Notes: generated by a model not told the origin, from the sequence alone. 64,000 nt of DNA from Phoronis australis (GCA_002633005.1 NMRA01000624.1:173109-237108); one strand, 5' to 3'. Shown: positions 12,401 to 27,712, numbered from the stretch's first letter. Numbers and translations: made by a program.

Positions 12401-15400
12401 CTCACGCTCCACCGGATTATCTACACTAACTTGAAAAGGTTTCGTCCAGTCACGCGTTGTGGGTCATAAATCGAGATAATGATACCCACAGCTGACGCGA
12501 CAAGCAGAACTACTTTCGTTTACTTCATTGGTGCACTAACTGGAGAAATTTAGAATCAGACGTTTAAACAATATCCGATCGTCAACTTTATTCGGGAGAC
12601 TTAAATCTCAATGTAGTTTACGCAAAGACGATGCGCGATTTTTAGAGGTGTATTGACGATGATCAACTACGAACTTATTTGCTCTCCGTTTTAAAGTTGA
12701 TCATCGTCAATACACTTCTAAAAATCGCAAATGGTCTTTGCGCAAACTACATTGAGATTTAAGTCTCCCGAAAAAAGTTGACGATCGGATAGTGTTTAAA
12801 AGTCTAATTCTAAATTTCTCCAGTTAGTGCACCAATGAAGTAAACGAAAGTAGTTCTGCTTGTCGCGTCAGCTGTTGGTATCATTATCTCGATGTATGAC
12901 CTACAACGCGTGACTGGACAAAGCCTTTTCAAATTAGTGTAGATAAGCTGATGGAGCGTGAGACCCCGAGATCCCAATCGAGTCCTCACGACAACTCCAC
13001 GTTATGACCAAGGTTTGGGCACTGCGCTACTGGTAACTGTTCTGAAGGGGTGACGGGGCAGTTTAAAGACAACGGAAAAAAACTGTCCCGACGGGGCAGT
13101 ATAAAGACAAACATGTAGTAGCATGACAGCTGTTGCCAATAAGCCGGATTCATGCGAATCAAAATCTATGCTGACTCTATTAAGCCAGCTTCACACCTAA
13201 GATGTCAATAATACTGTTGCCATCCAGCCAGCTTCTCGTCTCCACAAGAAGAACACCACCACCACCACCAGCCTACCAGGTCCTGCCGCTCGATCCACGT
13301 TCACACCAACCACAGCAAAGACAGAAGGCGAGATCCACCGATCTTGCGAAGCTGTCCGCGGGCTTCGCCCTCATCTACTCTACTGTCTCTCTTCAATAAC
13401 ATATACCAAGCACTTCCAGAACAAGTTGTTGCATGTCAATCTGGGAGTACATAGCGTTTCTCGTTTTAACTGTGACTGTAGCACTTCCACTGGTTCTATG
13501 CATGTATGATGACATCGACACCAATAAATGCCAATATTATACCACCAACATTTTCATAAGTCAATTGGTAATATGAGCCGTAAATGCCTCTCAACAGGTC
13601 TGATCCTTTCACGTAAATCTGCGCGCATGATCGTCAAGCCGTTCACAGTCTCAGTAGATAGATAGACAGACAGATTGATGGATAGATACATGTAGATAGG
13701 TAGATAGATATATAGATAGATAGATAGATTGGTAGTTTATTTAGCCATTCATAATACAAATAGTCTTGCATCTAAGCAAGTCTTTTTCCTACTTGAGAAG
13801 AACAACATAAAGTGAAAAGAGTGGGACTTGTAGTAGTCGAAGGCAAACAACTAAACTAAGGTTTTACTAGGACTGCATGTACATGTATAATAGTCGTTGA
13901 TTACTTTAGAAATTTCAAAACAAGGCAAGGAGATTTTCAAAAGGCTAAGGAGCCGCATGCATAAAAGCCACCTCTATCTTCACGTGTAGTTAGTCAAGAA
14001 TAAACTAGGTATTCGTTTCAACAATTTATCTCACTACATGTTAGAAACATAAACCTGAGTTGAGTATCAACAATATGATTATATATCTAATTAAAATGTG
14101 TACATGTACAAGGAATAAAACTACCGATCCAATAATGGGAGAAACTAAAATAAGGTAGAGATTAAGAAAGATCGCTTAGGTAAGTAGAGGTGAAATGCTC
14201 TAGGAGCACACTGATTGCGGACCAGTAAGGTAGTCATAATCACCAACTGCAATCGTAGAAACAAATGTTTGTGCTTTAATTAATGAAAATATTATCTGGA
14301 AATAAGTTGAATTACATACCAATGAGAGCCTACCATATCATTTTGACCTCATCATGCCAGATCAAAATGTCTTAATCCCGTCCATAGGTGGCGCACTCAG
14401 GTTGCTGGGGGGCTATAACCACACTTTTCCATTGCTGTGCCGCCCATGTCATCACGATCGTAAATTGCTGTAAAATATCATTAGTTGTTGCTTTTAGCTG
14501 ACGTAAGCATAGACCTGACGACGGTTTTGAGGGCGAGACAAGCATTGGTTGACCTCAATGGATTAGGCCGGTCGACACGTCTTTGCCATGTAGCCGGTTG
14601 ATTTAGGGAAATCTAGGGGAAATAATTGTATCCATTGGTGTCAATATCAACAAACAGAACTAGTGAACGTGTTACAATACCATTTAAAACGTGTGACACA
14701 AATTACTCCCAGCTTTGCATGTTTGGAAATGTTCCCGGAGTGGCTGGTGGATGGTATTATTAAACACTTCTGTTAATAATAATACATGATTGAGCGACCA
14801 ATAAGCGTACCGATGGTTTTAATTTGATTTTCCAGGGAATGGTGAATACCATAAGACAGGAGACGTGGATGCAGTTATGAACGCAGCAAAAGTGGAAAAC
14901 AAAGCTGATTTGTTGAATCTTTCCTTGATTACAATCGCATTAGCTAACGGCGCAGCCACGATCTTTCTACGTACTCTGTAGAAACCAATTTTGTGACTTC
15001 CAATCCCAGGTTTTTAGTTCCATGTACTAATCAACAACGTATTAAATGCTGAGTCTGAATTACCAAAATAGGAAATATAATCTCTGCAATTTGAAAGCCT
15101 TCCTTCATGAGAAGACGTGGAAAAAAGAGTGTATTCTCAAGTCGTCTTTTACATGCAGGTAGTTGAGTTCAACCTATAATCAACTATACAGTACCAATGG
15201 CCTCTTCGTTTCAAACGTAGACAAGCTCTGATGGAACCTAGCTGCATTACGAAATATTTTAACAATGATCCCTGAAACGTGGCCACTTGCTCAATCTTTA
15301 GTTTACTTGAGGAAACCTGGAATTCCATGTTTATGTCCATCTTCTAACGAAGCCCATACACTGCACCTCAACCATCTGAACCATAGGCGTATCTAGGGGT

Positions 15401-18400
15401 ATCAAGGGGTCTGGATTCCCCGGTTTCCTTTGATTTCAGTGATATTGAATCTAGAATTGTTGACACGGACCCCCGCTTTCTAAAAAATCCTAAGTTGATC
15501 CGACCCCCCGCTTTTAAAATTCTCGATCCGCCCCCGTAAACAATTCTATAAAGCATGTTGCCAGCTTCAAAACATAGTCTACCTGTGTTGACCAACTGCT
15601 AAATGCATGGTGATAATACCTCCCAGTAAACATGACAGTATTGGCCCAGTACTGGATATCTGTTGCTTGATAACGCTTGTACCCTATACCGGTTTACCTT
15701 TTTGGGACACTAATGGCCGAGTACCGTCCAACGACACTAACCCAGTGAACCCTTCCCTTACCGGGTCGCCGATGTTGGCCCAATATCGCTTGACCGGTAA
15801 TCACAGACTTGAACACAAGATGGCACCCTGAGGCTTGCCCACAGGTGGGTCAGGCTTACTATTTTAACGATAAAAACGTTTAAGTTTTCTTTAAAAAATT
15901 TTCAATTTTCATAAAAATACTTAATTACCAGCAGATGTATCACAGTATAATTTCATTTTTTAAAGAAAAATTTCCACCAGATGACCCTCATGAAAATACC
16001 GCCAATTTGAAATTTCCGTTGAAGAACTCTTGAGTTGTTTAGAGATTTTCTACAGTTTGAAACCAGCGTGTGTAACAGAATAGTGAAGGATTTTCACAGT
16101 GATCTTCAGATTTCTGGTAAGTTTCATATTTGTTTACTTTGCATGCCATGCCAATGTCTTTAAGAGGATACAAAACATGATTTATACCACAGATGTTCTC
16201 TGATCGTCTCCAATACAAATTGGGTCTACATTGTACAATGTACTACAGGATATGACTCGGGATTCGCCCATTTCACTTACACAAAACAGGGGTTCAACAA
16301 ACCATGAGCAATATTTCTTTCTCCTGGTAGCATTTACGGTGTCCTGCTCCAGCCACAGCCACAAGTGTCCTCAGCTTCTGATCGTCCCCTGCGGTCCTAC
16401 ACACTACATTATAGTTCGGTGAGCAAACCGAAATACAAATTTCATCAGAAGTACTTGAAAAGAGTGTTAAATGAGAGCTTTAGACATGCCATTGATACAA
16501 GTTTTTGAAATTTTCAAATTCATGGTTGGGCGGTTCTCCAGTTATTTAAATTTCAGAGCCTCAAAAATGGCCTTTTTTAGCTAACAGCACCCTGAAATTT
16601 CAGGCCACAGAAAATGGCAAGCTTAGACAACTATAGCATGGTAATTGTTTACAATATGACAGCATTGACTTACGCATACATGTATGATTTTGGTATCGTT
16701 TGATTCCTTGCAAAGTTATCTTTCCAAAAATACACAGGGAATTTCCCTACCCCGTTCCCTTAGTATTTTATCGTGAAATTTCTTCTCGCACTATTCCCCG
16801 GTACTCGGTAGTATTTGAATGGAAGGAGTCCCCTGGCGGTCAAAAACTGAACTTATCATACGCGACTTCTGCTGATCGTCACTTTTCAGAAGTTCAAACT
16901 GACCGAGACCTGCCTACCCCCTGCCTCAGTTACGGACCCAAGGGTTCGAATTCGATCCTATAGCTACCCTAGTACGCATCTGCTAGTAAGAATCCGCGAC
17001 AAAAGCGATGGTTGTTTTTGAGGTCCGAATTGGTGAAAAGGGTATCACTTTAGACAATTTCGTGGAAAATGATCAAATGGTCAATCATTAAAAAATTAGA
17101 AAAGGTGAAATGCTGCTACTTCTCATCCATATTATGTCAGGAAAACTTTAGTGGGAATCTCGGCGCAGGCAAACACCATTCAGAATATATGATGCTGTTT
17201 CATTCATGAACAACAGGTAACGCTGACATGGCGGTGTCAACCGGGAAATAGTGCGAACCGAAATTCGAGAATAAAATACGGAAGAAACGCGGTAGGGGAA
17301 ACATTTATACATTTTTGGAAAGATAACGCTGCGAGAAATTGAACGATACCAAAATCATGTGTGTTGGCCAATGTCGTCATATTGTAAACAATTACCAATA
17401 ATATGTAGGAAACCATAGCTTACTGTGTTCCTAAAACAAGGAAGTCTTTTACAAGCAGGTTAAGAAGATGGGATCGACACCAAACTACTTGTGACAGGAC
17501 ATTTTTACCCCTGAAGCTAAACTGAAAAAGTGGTGTTTTAAAAAGAGAGCAACTTAGTACCTTGAAAATGGCAAAACACTTCAAGAAGACTCTATCCTCA
17601 AAACTGAAGTTAATTTGAATTTTTAAAATATTCTACTCTATTTTAACGAAAATATTTCACCAGTTTGAGCCACTTTGGTAATTAATAGAACATATGACCA
17701 ATTCGGTTCGAGTTTAGGTTGAACCCTGGAAAGGTCAACATGGTTCTTGATTTCGTTAAGTTCTATGCACATTTGAGTAGAAAATACTGAGCAAACCATT
17801 ATGTCTTATTATGTAGCCCAGTGAATGACCTCATTGGTGATCGAAGAACAGATAAACTCAAGTGTCTGCCAGTTTCGCGCCAGCATGACTCTATTTGACT
17901 TGTTTAAAGTATCATAACAAAGAATATTTCTGGCTAAGCAATTGAAAATAGCTCCTGAGCATCAGTTTTCATGAACCACCTGCTAGTATAGAAAAATTGA
18001 GAACATTGCGAGGCTGAGACACAGACTCTAAGGATGTGTGCATTGGGGGGGTTCCTCTTTGATTGAATATTTTGTTTATTAGCGTAACTCTTTTTAAGGC
18101 TTTCTACATAGAATTAGTTAAGTACAGAGTTTACATACCTGATCTAGGGATGAAGTGAACTTGAAAATTTGCTTCTGTAACCTGTTGCTCCCATGCAAAA
18201 GGGGTTGCTTTACTTAAGTTTGAATTCGACCTCTGAAACTGTGCTGTGGGGCTTTAAAGATGGTTATGAACTTCCATCTATTTTATATGCTCATTTTACA
18301 TGTTCTATCTCATTTTAGTTGTTTCACAACGAAACTCCAAATGCCCAAATATCACAATCCAAAACAATGCAGGCTATTGGTAATCTTGTGAAACGTAAAC

Positions 18401-21400
18401 AATCCCCTTTTTGTTGCTGTGTTTACTTCTTTGACAACATCGCTGACCTTGTGCACGCGCGGCATCATTCAATAGATGGGGCATTCAGCCTCGTCTCCAG
18501 CCTCAACATGGTGCTGATCAGTTAAAGTATTTGAGGATTGGTAATGGGAAATGAAATGTGTCAGAATTTTTACAGAAATTGCCGGAATGGCACACGTAAT
18601 TTCAAAAATTTCTGCAGTTTTCAAAATAAAACTAATGGTATATTGTAGCAATTTAGATCCAAATTATTGCAAAAATGATGTATTTTGATTCAAAAACAGG
18701 TTAATACTATTCATAAATAAGAATTGAAAAAAGCGCAACCTTTATATTCAGACAATAAGTAAAACAATGCCTTCTGTCTCACGAATGGCTGCAATGTGAA
18801 AATAATTACCATCTGACCTTGTTCAATGACGTCAAGGCATCGGTCAATCGTGCAGAAAGTAATTCCCATAACCAAGCCTCAAATGGCTAAACCCATAAGC
18901 GTTGAAAAGGTCACATCAGTGTCACAATTGTGTGTAAACACAGTGCAAAACCATCAATTGATGCTCATAAGACTTTTTGTAACACATTGTGAAGTATTTT
19001 TTAGGAATTTCAAAATGGTAACAAAATAGAAATTTTTGGAAGAAATGGAATGAATATAAAGTCGCTATTCTTCTGAAAATATTTATTACAAGAAACTGAA
19101 GTCCTACAACCAGCTCTAATACTTGTGTTAGGAAAGGATGAAACATTTATATCTTGCAGATTATACATTTCAAATAAGTTTCATGTTGGAATGGTATGCA
19201 GTGTCTAGGTAATTCTTATTATGCATAACTTATCTGGAAAATGTATAGTTGAGTCTTTGAGTTTGTACTCTAAGCTACTAAGCAGGGTTTGTTTTATTTC
19301 AGGGATTGTGATCAAGGTGCACAGTAATACTAATGCAAGCTTTATAGTAAAAGAGGCACCATGCTCCGAAACGCTGGAGACAGGGAGGGAGGGCGAAGAC
19401 TGTTTGAAGCTGCCAGTCCACTAATAAGCCTGGGACAGTTTTGTAAAAAATAATTACCGGTAGTTGCTTAGTTGTCATTTATATAATTCATAATTTTTTG
19501 TAAGTATTTTACCTGAGCAGTTTCACAGTAACAAATGTATTAAAGAACAAGAGTCTTTCCTTCATGTAAGTCGCAGCTGCACATGCAATACCCACAAACA
19601 TTAATATTCCTGCATTCGGCCTGTAAAGGCACCACAAGTGGTTCAACATTGGCACTGTACTGGTCCACCACTGTACTTTCGTCTATGTAATTTGTGTACT
19701 GGCTTAATATGAGCCCATCAAAGGCCCTGTACTGTGCCAACACAGTCTGTCAATACTGGCCCTTTACAGGGCCGAAACCGGTTATTGGTGTACTGGCCCA
19801 GTAATGGCGTGGTACTGGTCCTTTACTGGCTCGATATCGCAATCTAGTACCGGGGCCAATACGTATTTTCACATTTTTATCATTTGCTTTGTGTTATATA
19901 CTTCTTTACAATATATCTCGTATAACATTGGAGTAACCATGCCAAATGACGTCGTACGGATGTCGCAATATATTGCTTAATTTACATGTATGAGATCTAT
20001 GCGACGGGCGTGAACGTGTTGAATGGTTATCGCTTATGGAACACTTTCATTGTTTTCCTATTTGTTCGACGTAACAATACAGGTTGCTTGGATATTGCAG
20101 ATTTGGCGCATGTCAACCCGTTACCCATTAATGCTTGCTGATATATTTATGAAAAGAAAGAAAAACAAAGTGAACAATGGAAACAGCTATCTATCGATAT
20201 CTATTCGACGCGCTTGCCATATAGTTTACCTTGGGTTTATGTTTTTTAGTTAACAGTTTGTTTTTAAACGGTATTTACTGAATAAATTACATACATATAA
20301 AGTTCCTCTCACTCTCCCAAACAGTAGTTTAAATCTACCATTCACTGTTCAAAGAGCAGACAAGATGATTACACTTTTTCGGGACCGACACTTGTAACGT
20401 TGGTACATGTAGCTCTTTGATTTGATGTGGTCGCTTTATGCTTTATGTTTTTGTTTCCAAACTTGCTGAAACGACTTTTTAAGTACATAAAAGCAGAGAA
20501 AATCCAGCTTAGCTCATGGTCCGAGTCTCTGGTCCTGCAACCTAGATGGAGTCGAGTTTGTATAGCCTGCGTCTACATGTTGTGGGGCGTGGGTCGAAGG
20601 GGTCGTGTACCGTGGGTCGATGGTCGAGACGGTTGTTGGTCGAGGGGGTTGCAGGGTGCGGGGGTCGAGTGGGTCAAAGGGGTTTCAGAATAAATGAGTT
20701 TTCGACTGGAAAACAGGTGGTGTCTGCTCTTCGTGGAATTACGTGGGATGACGGCGCTACACATTCAAAACTCCGCAAACCCATACGCTTACGATAAAGC
20801 AATGAACCTTCCCCAGCTGCTTTCTCACCCAGTGGTGACTATACATCGACGAAAAAAAGCCGAACTGTTCAGATGTAACCTGCCCAACCTCTAAAAATCC
20901 TCTAATGTCCCTCCTGATCTGGACATGGCTACCTCCATTCCTTTGCAGACGTCCTGTAATGCTGCCATATAATAATGAAGTGGCCAATCACAGGTACGAC
21001 ATATTGATAACCAGATTTCTCCACTGCACACAGTTTAAACCTTGCCGTCAAAAGATATCTGTAATCTTAGTTTCATACAGTCCAAATAACTACATGTCAT
21101 AACAATCACTAAAGTGAAAAAAAATGTTTAATAAATTGCGAGGTGGTATATTCCTTAATTCTCAAAAATTTCAATGTAATTTTCAAATGTCCTGTCAATC
21201 AAATGTATCGTGTCAAACTCTTCCATGCTCTTGATTCTATTGTTGGCGTCAACTCAATTTAGCACACCTTACCTAATAATCAATTTTCATTTTAGTCTTA
21301 TGGGTCGCATCAACTTAATTTGGATATGAGTATGTTTAATAGATATAATATCCACTTTAATTTATACTGTAACAGCAAATTCTATTTTAGCTACAATACT

Positions 21401-24400
21401 CAGTAATATTGTCTCTGTGTTGATTTGTGTTTTTTAATCAGGTTTTTATACCACAGGAATTGTGTTTTGTAATTTTAATATCTGTCAGTAGTCATCTTTT
21501 TAAAAAAACATGAATCTATAAATTTTGTTGTTGTTATTGTGATTGTTAATCTGCCTGTATTTAATGTTATAGATTTGCAGGCAGAAATTGCATCACGTTT
21601 TGTTTATGTATTTTTTTCAAATGAAATCATTAGACGTCTACCAAAAAAATGACGTCACACGAGCGTCACGAAACTGTGGCAGAGGTCGTTTTTCCGAAGA
21701 TGTACGTGCACATATTTTGGATAACTCTAACAGGTTAGTCTTTTATTATACAAATATATTCAGACTAATGTGACTTAACCGAATAAGAATCAACTCGCTG
21801 CAAAATCGGTCAAAAACTGCAACGCAACACAAAAATAATGCGCAAGTCCATGCAAAATTTGCGTGCAAACGGACGAACTGGTGTTATGCGAGTACGGTAA
21901 ATTCGAAACATTGTCGACATAGTGTTGGAAAATGGCTGCCAAAAATGTCAACCTTTGCAATTTGTATATGTGCACAGCAGGACAGGGACGTTTTGGTATT
22001 GGGTACAACAAAAGCATATCCGTAAGGTGTGTTGAAATTGTGTATCAGTGCTAGAATTACCAAAGGACAAATGCGTTTAAGTTCGGCTAAGGGTTTTGAC
22101 TATCGCTTACACCTGATTACACGGCGGTAAATAATTTCCACTAATAAGACAAGTAATAACTACTGAGTCGACTCCATCTGAAGATGTGATACACAATTTC
22201 AGTAAAATTGTCTGTGTTTGTCAAGTCATTCTTCTTCAAAAAACTTCAGACCTATTGGTGTTTTAAATAATTTATTTTTCAATGTGAAACAAATTCTGAT
22301 TAATTAAATATCAACTCTTTTATTCAAATACCATTTTCCAGTTTTCTGTCCCTAATAGCACAGTGCGAGAGCGCGTTTATAGACGTCGGGCAGGATACTA
22401 TTTATTAGGATGAGATGGTCAAAATTACATTGTACATGTAGGCTCGCATAAGCACTGGAGTATTGAAACACTAAATGTTCGTGTGAGAGTTGCCTCACTA
22501 GTTATTCTAATGCATTGATTAGTTCGTGTCGTGTTTCAGCCACGACCCCTCTTGTGACCCCGACTGAAGGTAGGTGTAAATCAGTCTATTCGCCATTTTG
22601 TGTAACCGAGTTGGTGCTGGTTGTTTATTTCTTCATAGAGAAATTCCTGAAAGAATTATTTCACTGCCAAAAGTTTATGTCTTATAGATAAGTAGAGCAC
22701 ACGCCGGGGCATTTTGTTACCAACTGGGTCATACATGTAAATTAACTTGTTGTAGTGTGTTTCACACGCACCTGTATTCAGCGTTGATCTTCAGTAGTTG
22801 CAGATGAGGCTTGGGCGCCAAGTCTTGTTGTTTGAAACTGTCTGATGGGGAACTGGAAGTGTCGTAACATTGAATAGATTGTGCAGAGCGTTCTCATCTA
22901 GGTTATATAAGTCCAGACTGACCAGTCCACAATCAATCTGTTCATTGGTTTTCCACACAGTCTTCAAACTGGTAAACTTATTCTGTATTGCCTAAAACGC
23001 CCTTAGAATCACAACATAACAAATCANAGGGGGTTGCAGGGTGCGGGGGTCGAGGGTGTCAAAGGGGTTTCAGAATAAATGAGTTTTCGACTGGAAAACA
23101 GGTGGTGTCTGCTCTTCGTGGAATTACGTGAGATGACGGCGCTACACATTCAAAACTCCGCAAACCCATACGCTTACGATAAAAGCAATGAACCTTCCCC
23201 AGCTGCTTTCTCACCCAGTGGTGACTATACATCGACGAAAAAAGGCCGAACTGTTCAGATGTAACCTGCCCAACCTCTAAAAATCCTCTAATGTCCCTCC
23301 TGATCTGGACATGGCTACCTCCATTCCTTTGCAGACGTCCTGTAATGCTGCCATATAATAATGAAGTGGCCAATCACAGGTACGACATATTGGTAACCAG
23401 ATTTCTCCACTGCACACAGTTTAAACCTTGCCGTCAAAAGATATCTGTAATCTTAGTTTCATACAGTCCAAATAACTACATGTCATAACAATCACTAAAG
23501 TGAAAAAAAAATGTTTAATAAATTGCGAGGTGGTATATTCCTTAATTCTCAAAAATTTCAATGTAATTTTCAAATGTCCTGTCAATCAGATGTATCGTGT
23601 CAAACTCTTCCATGCTCTTGATTCTATTGTTGGCGTCAACTCAATTTAGCACACCTTACCTAATAATCAATTTTCATTTTAGTCTCATGGGTCGCATCAA
23701 CTTAATTTGGATATGAGTATGTTTAATAGATATAATATCCACTTTAATTTATACTGTAACAGCAAATTCTATTTTAGCTACAATACTCAGTAATATTGTC
23801 TCTGTGTTGGTATGTGTTTTTTAATCAGGTTTTTATACCACAGGAATTGTGTTTTGTAATTTTAACATCTGTCAGTAGTCATCTTTTTAAAAAAACATAA
23901 ATCTATAAATTTTGTTGTTGTTATTGTGATTGTTAATCTGCCTGTATTTAATGTTATGGATTTGCAGGCAGAAATTGCATCACGTTTTGTTTATGTATTT
24001 TTTTCAAATGAAATCATTAGACGTCTACCAAAAAAATGACGTCACACGAGCGTCACGAAACTGTGGCAGAGGTCGTTTTTCCGAAGATGTACGTGCACAT
24101 ATTTTGGATAACTCTAACAGGTTAGTCTTTTATTATACAAATATATTCAGACTCATGTGACTTAACCGAATAAGAATCAACTCGCTGCAAAACCGGTCAA
24201 AAACTGCAACGCAACACAAAAATAATGCGCAAGCCCATGCAAAATTTGCGTGCAAACGGACGAACTGGTGTTATGCGAGTACGGTAAATTCGAAACATTG
24301 TCGACATAGTGTTGAAAAATGGCTGCCAAAAATGTCAACCTTTGCAATTTGTATATGTGCACAGCAGGACAGGGACGTTTTGGTATTGGGTACAACAAAG

Positions 24401-27400
24401 GCATATCCGTAAGGTGTGTTGAAATTGTGTATCAGTGCTAGAGTTACCAAAGGACAAATGCGTTTAAGTTCGGCTAAGGGTTTTGACTATCGCTTACACC
24501 TGATTACACGGCGGTAAATAATTTCCAATAATAAGACAAGTAATAACTACTGAGTCGACTCCATCTGAAGATGTGATACACAATTTCAGTAAAATTGTCT
24601 GTGTTTGTCAAGTCATTCTTCTTCAAAAAACTTCAGACCTATTGGTGTTTTAAATAATTTATTTTTCAATGTGAAACAAATTCTGATTAATTAAATATCA
24701 ACTCTTTTATTCAAATACCATTTTCCAGTTTTCTGTCCCTAATAGCACAGTGCGAGAGCGCGTTTATAGACGTCGGGCAGGATACTATTTATTAGGATGA
24801 GATGGTCAAAATTACATTGTACATGTAGGCTCGCATAAGCACTGGAGTATTGAAACACTAAATGTTCGTGTGAGAGTTGCCTCACTAGTTATTCTAATGC
24901 ATTGATTAGTTCGTGTCGTGTTTCAGCCACGACCCCTCTTGTGACCCCGACTGAAGGTAGGTGTAAATCAGTCTATTCGCCATTTTGTGTAACCGAGTTG
25001 GTGCTGGTTGTTTATTTCTTCATAGAGAAATTCCTGAAAGAATTATTTCACTGCCAAAAGTTTATGTCTTATAGATAAGTAGAGCACACGCCGGGGCATT
25101 TTGTTACCAACTGGGTCATACATGTAAATTAACTTGTTGTAGTGTGTTTCACACGCACCTGTATTCAGCGTTGATCTTCAGTAGTTGCAGATGAGGCTTG
25201 GGCGCCAAGTCTTGTTGTTTGAAACTGTCTGATGGGGAACTGGAAGTGTCGTAACATTGAATAGATTGTGCAGAGCGTTCTCATCTAGGTTATATAAGTC
25301 CAGACTGACCAGTCCACAATCAATCTGTTCATTGGTTTTCCACACAGTCTTCAAACTGGTAAACTTATTCTGTATTGCCTAAAACGCCCTTAGAATCACA
25401 ACATAACAAATCAACTAAATATATGTACGCAACTGTCCAGAAATCATCCACATGCTAGTCTGCGTCGTTACATGTAAATGGAAATGACCTCAGATTATCT
25501 ATCGAAAAAAGTTACCCCCTTGGCTGAACACAGACTTATACTAGCGTATAAACGCGTTAAAATGTTAGAGCAACGCGATAAATTGTCACTTGCAGACAAG
25601 TCTCACGTTTAAACTGGAACGTATGCAAACTTGAATACAATTGGAACACAAATTGTTGGCCACGTTTCCTGTTCGTTCATCAAAAAATCCTCCAGATGGC
25701 AATGTAAAAAGTAACTTCCTAAAATTGCACCTAGATGGCATCACTTTACGGGGTAAGAGCACAATTGGCAGAGTTCGAGGCCACCTTTAGTTTAAACAAA
25801 TTTTCATTGTATTAACAATAAATTTTGACTTGTGACGAAAAACTGATAGCGTTTTACAGCATCCCGACCGTGTTTGGATAAACTCGAAGACTGTTCTTCT
25901 CACGGAGATGTCGACACACTCTGCACAAAGTATAAAGGGTGGTCAATTGTCAACTGCGAAGCTTACTGCGGCTTTTGCAAAAGACCGTCAACAACCACAG
26001 GTACTGTAAGTGTGAAGCGATCGTCTGGGTTCTGAATGGACAAAAGTTTCTCGAATTCTTTGGTAATGTGAACGTTTAAAGACGCTCATAGGAATAACCA
26101 GCCATAGCCGAATTCAACATGTATGCACGTACATGTATATAGAAGAAGTATACATATCCGAATTCATGCGTTTTTGTGGAAATCGTTTATTAAAGTATTT
26201 TATAATGAGGCGTATGCAGCTAAGATTCACTCGTATGTTGAGGTCGGTGTCTTGTTTGCAGGCACACCACTTGGTGAGGATGCAGAAACATACGTTGCCC
26301 GTGGAATACAATTTTTTGCGAGCAATTATTCGAAGTGATGTCTCAAATAAGATGTCTTGTTATGCGTGACGCATTTTCTACTTAAAATGCATCTACTGAG
26401 GAATAATAGGTAGCAGTACATTTCAGTAACGAACTGCAGATTGTTTAATGTTTTATGTTCGTTGAAAGAAAGAAAGCTAGTAAATTGTTAATTGAATCGG
26501 ACCTCAATAGTGTATCAACACGTTTGTTTGTCTTAAACCTGTTAATTTTACCTTCCCATTAAAACCAGGTAAAGTGGTAACACTTTTCAACTGAAATCGA
26601 CTGAGATTAAATTCAAGTTGCAGCTTGAACACGTGAATGTACATGTATGCTCTACATCTAAGACTTTTTGAACCCTTTAGCAAAAGTCTTCACACTTTTA
26701 TAACCGGCAGGCAAACGAATTTGAAAGCTTTCTGAGAAATTCCATATCACTTACAGCAATCTGGGCTCAAAATAAGGATCTTAGAAAGAAAATCAGTCAA
26801 GTGATTACACTTGTGAGGACTGCCTAAACTTTAACGCTCTGGTAATCTATATATACATGTACCTGTACGGCTACAAACGATGATAAAATTAGCATAAACC
26901 GCAGGCATAGTCCAAAGCTCACAATACTATGCTCATATTTACATGCAGAACAATGTGGTAGTGTCCAAAATCAAGAGTTTTAATGAATTTTAATTATTTG
27001 GGTATTTCGCAATTAGCCGCGTAATGCCAAGTTTTACTCGTATGTGCATTGTGGTATCTTTTGTACAAAAACATTCCTTGTTGACCATCCATCACGTTTC
27101 AGTGTCCGTGGAACACGATTTTACCCGACTCTGTGGGAGCAATCACCCGAAATGATATCTCAGACATATTACTAGACAAGCGAGTCGCCCCAGACATGGC
27201 ATGTCTGGGTCGACACACTTGCCTAGTGATATGTGCAGTATAGCACTGTAACCAATATCAAGGAGTAGGGACACCAGTCTAATTCAATAACAACATGTTG
27301 CAAATTTATTGTTTCATATTCAGTGAAAGATAAACAAGCGAGTACATTATTAATTGGACTGAACTTGAATAATCGTATAATGTTTGGAAATGTAAATCGA

Positions 27401-27712
27401 ACCGTTTGATTATTACTCAATATGAGTTCTAGATAGAAAGGTGCTGGCAATTAACAAAGGCATGTCTATGATCACACACCAAGCAAAGAATTCAAAGGGA
27501 AACAGTCAACGAAAATTCAAATCAAAACAAGTATCAATAAACGTATTCTCATCTAAGGCATAAATTCAGTGGACTGCACGATATTACAGTTTATTAATCG
27601 TCTATTCGGAGATTGTAATACGTCCAATTTGACTCACTATTTTCATTTTCATGACTATGTTCATTTTCAACATCTATGTTCATTATAACTGTATAAAAGC
27701 AATAAAGAGAGC

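Noticed and set aside
20505-20575. tRNA gene
   Set aside because: Only an A-box-like TAGCTCATGG is present and no cloverleaf can be formed; at most a decayed SINE head.
20694-24404. Duplicated ORF set as a tandem gene pair
   Set aside because: Short ORFs with no motifs, disrupted between copies by an indel, inside the probable artefactual duplication.
25922-25950. KY in ShK exon 2 as the ShK Lys22-Tyr23 potassium-channel dyad
   Set aside because: Aligned on cysteines, the dyad positions are Gly/Ser-Trp here and the KY lies three residues earlier, so channel blocking cannot be inferred.
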